Assembly: GCA_963765495.1 (NCBI GenBank)
Contig: CAVXWP010000016.1
Span: forward strand, 288,001 to 352,000
DNA from: Blastocatellia bacterium
GTDB taxonomy: Bacteria; Acidobacteriota; Blastocatellia; UBA7656
Reading direction: 5' to 3'
Length of the DNA stretch: 64,000 nucleotides
A program made the translations under genes and the position numbers. The stretch's first letter is position 1. Each line of letters starts with the position of its first letter. Below are positions 60,357 through 64,000 of the stretch, piece by piece. The notes under the pieces were generated by a model. The model ran no database searches and was not told the origin of the DNA. It worked only from the letters and a program-made list of their open reading frames with translations.

Positions 60357-61522
60357 TCAAGCGGAGCCTCGCGACCTCGCGCCGTTACTGGCTCGACACC
60401 CGTGATTCGACCGCGCTCCACAATCAGCGCGTGATCGAAATTGTTTACGGTCGGGCAGATGTGGCGGGGCAAAAGGTAAAGCGATCCGCCTATCGAAGGG
60501 ATTAAAGAATCCGTCGCGGCATCTATCGGCACCTCTATTGGCAAATGCTCTTCGCTGGGCTTCAAGGGCATCAGGCCGGATATTCCCAGCACCGTGCAGG
60601 TGGGCACACCGGCATCTGCCGATACCGTCTTGTGGCCCGCATCTATCGTGATGCGATTGGCAGAAGGGCGGCTGACAACCGTGGACACCACCACGGCGGC
60701 GGGGCGATACCCCCAGACAGCAGGCAACTGAGCGAGGCTCGCGCAATCGCCATAGATAATCGTGCCGGGCGATGCGCGATGGATGAATGACGCGGTGGAA
60801 AACTTCGAATAAGAAAGCGTACAGGGGAAAGCGGGCGTTCCAGCCGTGATGACCTCGTCTACACCGATGCCTGATTGCTCTAAGGCAGAGACTATTTCCA
60901 TCAATTGATCGTAGCCTTTATGTGCAGCCGCCTCACGCTCAGGCAGCGCGAGACTCGACAGGTGTCCGTCATAATAATGAAGTCCGCGAAATTCGAGACC
61001 CTGCGATTGAATCGCGTGAGCGAGCAGGATGATCTGATCTATTCGATCCTGCTCTATGCCGGTGCGATCCATGCCGGGATTGATGTCTATAAAGAGCCCG
61101 AACCGGCTCTCTTCCCACGGTTCGATCTGCCCGACATTTTCTACCAGCGCCGATACTCGCGCTTTCGGAAATCGGTCTGCGATCTGACGGGCACGCCGGG
61201 CATTTGCACTCACCAGAGGGTAGGCGATCAAGACATCACCTGCGCCCGCTTCGCACACGGTTGCAAATTCAAGCGTGGTGGAGCATTTGAAATTTCTGAT
61301 GCCGCGCTCAACCAATCTCTGCATAACGCGAATCAATTTGGCCGTCTTGATATGAGGCCGCCAGCGGTCAGCCTCGCCTTTGAGCAATTCGAGCGTGACG
61401 GAGATGTTGGCATCGACTATTTCGGGATAGATGGCCAGGGCAGGAGTTAAGACATTTTCGACATCGGTTATGCAATACGTTTCGAGGTCCAGAGCGCCGA
61501 GCGCAAGTGCAGGAGTAGTCAT
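60344..61522 (-). CDS. D-threonine aldolase/DSD1-family PLP enzyme
   Basis: RPHIKTAK, YDGH, DAGHK, SEEH, PRHICPTVN. Confidence 0.88.
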   Translation of the reverse strand: MTTPALALGALDLETYCITDVENVLTPALAIYPEIVDANISVTLELLKGEADRWRPHIKTAKLIRVMQRLVERGIRNFKCSTTLEFATVCEAGAGDVLIAYPLVSANARRARQIADRFPKARVSALVENVGQIEPWEESRFGLFIDINPGMDRTGIEQDRIDQIILLAHAIQSQGLEFRGLHYYDGHLSSLALPEREAAAHKGYDQLMEIVSALEQSGIGVDEVITAGTPAFPCTLSYSKFSTASFIHRASPGTIIYGDCASLAQLPAVWGYRPAAVVVSTVVSRPSANRITIDAGHKTVSADAGVPTCTVLGISGLMPLKPSEEHLPIEVPIDAATDSLIPSIGGSLYLLPRHICPTVNNFDHALIVERGRITGVEPVTARGREAPLDFEG

Positions 61523-61578
61523 TAAATCAGCCCCTCAAAAGATGCTCAAAGCAAGCTGTAAGACAGCCCGCCCGGCTG

Positions 61579-61618
61579 TCACAAATCACAAATCACAAAT
61601 CACAAATCACGAATCACG
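61579..61618. repeat. Single heptamer arm (TCACAAA)x4-TCACGAA
   Basis: Direct reading; ends in the xerC stop codon. Confidence 0.85.
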
Positions 61619-62531
61619 CCTTCGGATGAGATTTATCATAGACCTCCATCAATTTCTCAAGCGAGACCTGCGTATATATTTGCGTGGTTGACAGCCTCGC
61701 GTGTCCAAGCAGTTCCTGAATCGCGCGCAAATCAGCGCCCGCCGACAGCAGATGCGTGGCAAAGGAATGCCTGAGCGAGTGCGGGCTTATATCCTGAGCC
61801 ATAGCCAGTTCCTGCACATACTTGTCTATCATACGGCCCACGGAGCGCGTAGTGATTCGCGTGCCCTGATAATTCAGAAAGACCGCCATCGGGTCGCGTT
61901 CCTCTTCCGGGGCTTCGACCAGAAGTTCGCCGCGCACGCCGAGGTATTCCTGTAGAGTCTCTTTGGCCGTTGTGCCGAAAGGCACTATACGCTCTTTTCG
62001 CCCTTTGCCGCGCACGCGTATCGATTCGTGTTTGAAGTCTATGTCGTCAAGGTTCATCCCGGCCAGTTCCGAAACCCTCATGCCGGAGGCGTACAAAAGC
62101 TCAAGTATTGCGCGGTCTCGTTTGCCGAGCACGGTTTCGGGATCGGGCGATTCGATGAAGCGAATAACATCTTCTACGGAAAGTACCTTGGGAAGCTTCT
62201 GTTCCAGTCGCGGGCTTGAGACCAGCCGCGCCGGGTTCATCTCTGTGACTTGTTCGCGACACAGAAACTTGAAAAAGGTCCTGAGTGTGGCGAGTTTTCT
62301 CGCAATAGAAGTCTTTTTGCGCTTCTCCTGATAAAGCTTCGCCAGATATTCGCGTATCGTGAGATGATCTATCTGCCGTACGTCTATGTAACGTCGCTCA
62401 CCCGATGCTTGAACGGGGCAGAGATGCTCGTAAAACTGTTCGAGATCACTCATGTAATTGCGCAATGTGTGCTCCGACACGTTGCGCTCATACTTCAGGT
62501 GATCGCGGAAACGGTCGAGATATTCTTGCAT
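61614..62531 (-). CDS. xerC: Tyrosine recombinase XerC
   Basis: [33 protein letters not shown]. Confidence 0.9.
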   Translation of the reverse strand: MQEYLDRFRDHLKYERNVSEHTLRNYMSDLEQFYEHLCPVQASGERRYIDVRQIDHLTIREYLAKLYQEKRKKTSIARKLATLRTFFKFLCREQVTEMNPARLVSSPRLEQKLPKVLSVEDVIRFIESPDPETVLGKRDRAILELLYASGMRVSELAGMNLDDIDFKHESIRVRGKGRKERIVPFGTTAKETLQEYLGVRGELLVEAPEEERDPMAVFLNYQGTRITTRSVGRMIDKYVQELAMAQDISPHSLRHSFATHLLSAGADLRAIQELLGHARLSTTQIYTQVSLEKLMEVYDKSHPKA

Positions 62532-62624
62532 GATGAGACTCCCGGGCCGCCTGCTCATAAAAACGGGGATAGTTCAATTCTATAGCCCCACGCGCTCGCG
62601 TCAAGCGAGAATCTGATTTACCCC

Positions 62625-62658
62625 TCTGAGATCTCAATCTCAAATCTCAAATCTCAGA
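62625..62658. repeat. Heptamer repeat, ATCTCAA family (partial element)
   Basis: tctgagatctcaatctcaaatctcaaatctcaga. Confidence 0.6.
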
Positions 62659-62660
62659 CA

Positions 62661-63176
62661 TCATTGGGGCCAGATGCCCGCCGCTCGCCATTGCTCGTCT
62701 ACCTTCGATTCGGCGGCCATTCGTCTGACTTCTTCCGACGGCAAACGGCGACCAAACCGCTCAGAGCGGTCTGCGATTTGATAAGCAGTGGTCGCAAGCA
62801 CCTCTGTAGCCGTGGCGAAATCACGCGGGTCCGCTTTATCAACCGTATCGGCTATCGTGTGATGTACCGGGAAGTATGAGCTTTCGTCTTGAAGCAGAAC
62901 CAGATTGGGCACGCCTTCGGCCATAAACGCCGCGTTATCCGTAGCCGCAAAGGCCGAATGCTCAATCACCGACAGATCGAATTGCGTGAGAGGTTTCATC
63001 AACTGGTTTATCTCTTCATCAAGGTCCGTACGCCCCATCGAAAACCATCCTTGCGGGCGGCCCGCGCCTATGTCCATTATCAGCGCCGCAAGAGTGTGAT
63101 CCATCTCGTTTCGATGACGCGCAACATAGGCCGTCGAGCCCAGCATACCTTCTTCTTCTCGCGTGAAGAGCACAAA
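62661..63176 (-). pseudogene. C-terminal half of an M28 peptidase
   Basis: Begins at FVLFTREEEGMLGS; has TDN..F...GVP and HHT..DT; N-terminal half absent. Confidence 0.75.
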
Positions 63177-63187
63177 TGTCTTTGCGG

Positions 63188-64000
63188 CTAACTCGTATAG
63201 ATTCGCGGCACGCGGTCGCTGATTGCACAGGTCACTTCATAAGAGATGGTTCCAATCTGCGCGGCGATATCTTCGACCGTGATCCGGTTTCGGCCGCGGC
63301 CGCCGATGATGATGACTTCATCGCCGGTCGCGGCATCCTGCACATCGGTAACATCAATTATCGTGAGGTCCATGCTGACCCGGCCCACAATGGGTGCGAA
63401 TTGATCTCGCACGATGACTCGACCGGCGTTTGAAAGCGCGCGGCTCAGCCCGTCGGCATAGCCGATGGGGATTGTCGCTATGCGGCTTTCGCGCTCGGTT
63501 ACAAAGGTGCAACCGTAACCGAGCGGAGTGCCCGTCGGCACGGTCTTTAAAAGCACTATGCGCGAGTGAAGCGACAGCACCCGACGCCAGTCCAGCGGCT
63601 CGATAGTCGGGTTGGTCGCGTCTCGCCACAATCCGTAAGTCACCCCTCCGAGTCTTACCATGTTACCGCGAGAGAGCGGATAGGCATGAGTTGCCGCGCT
63701 GTTCGCCTGATGAATCCACGCAGGCGTGTGCCCGCACGACCGCACCATCTCGACCGCTTCTTCAAATAGAGTCATCTGATGGCTTGTGAACTCGATTTTT
63801 GACGGCTCGTCGGCAGCAGAAAAATGTGTCATCACTCCGTCAAGCCTGAGATTTTTGAAGCCTGCTGCGCGATCAAGAAAGTCTCTTAGCTCGCGGAAAG
63901 GCACCCCAAGCCGCCCCATCCCCGTATCAATATTGAGGTGATAATCTGCGATGCAACCGGCGCGGCGCGCAGCAAGGTCGAAGCGTTCAAGCGGGTCGAT
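63188..64000 (-). CDS. alr: Alanine racemase, 5' end outside window
   Basis: DTGMGRLG, MTHF, ANSAA, PIGYADG, GRVSMD, TISYE. Confidence 0.96.
   Translation of the reverse strand: MDPLERFDLAARRAGCIADYHLNIDTGMGRLGVPFRELRDFLDRAAGFKNLRLDGVMTHFSAADEPSKIEFTSHQMTLFEEAVEMVRSCGHTPAWIHQANSAATHAYPLSRGNMVRLGGVTYGLWRDATNPTIEPLDWRRVLSLHSRIVLLKTVPTGTPLGYGCTFVTERESRIATIPIGYADGLSRALSNAGRVIVRDQFAPIVGRVSMDLTIIDVTDVQDAATGDEVIIIGGRGRNRITVEDIAAQIGTISYEVTCAISDRVPRIYTS

Noticed and set aside
61614-62531. Tyrosine recombinase as an island integrase
   Set aside because: Size, motifs and housekeeping context fit chromosomal XerC; no att sites or cargo seen.
60344-64000. D-amino-acid operon (DSD1-like enzyme plus alr)
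   Set aside because: Separated by xerC, a gene fragment and repeats; no evidence beyond proximity.

Overview
Ordinary bacterial chromosomal DNA; gene content and style suggest Acidobacteriota, possibly Blastocatellia (inference). About 50 CDS: acyl-CoA/lipid catabolism, folD, an spt-like/fabF/acp mini-cluster, mglBA, recG, atpI-B-E, class I fumarase, xerC, alr, and many exported peptidases and repeat proteins. No rRNA, tRNA, CRISPR array or intact mobile element is visible. Most notable: (1) about 14 short intergenic elements made of 7-10 bp tandem repeats, mostly as inverted arms, which fall into families with conserved inner spacers and often overlap the stop codons of flanking genes; (2) a TPR protein fused directly to a Fis-type HTH with no AAA+ domain, preceded by a structured leader and a 34-codon upstream ORF; (3) a single-AAA ClpB-NBD2-like gene behind a sigma54-type promoter; (4) a possible sphingolipid/aminolipid module; (5) an ATP synthase c subunit with a signal-peptide-like extension and a second carboxylate; (6) three damaged loci (frameshifted outer-membrane barrel, IS630 remnant beside a possibly clipped M28 gene, orphan M28 half). 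All family calls come from motif recognition, not database searches.
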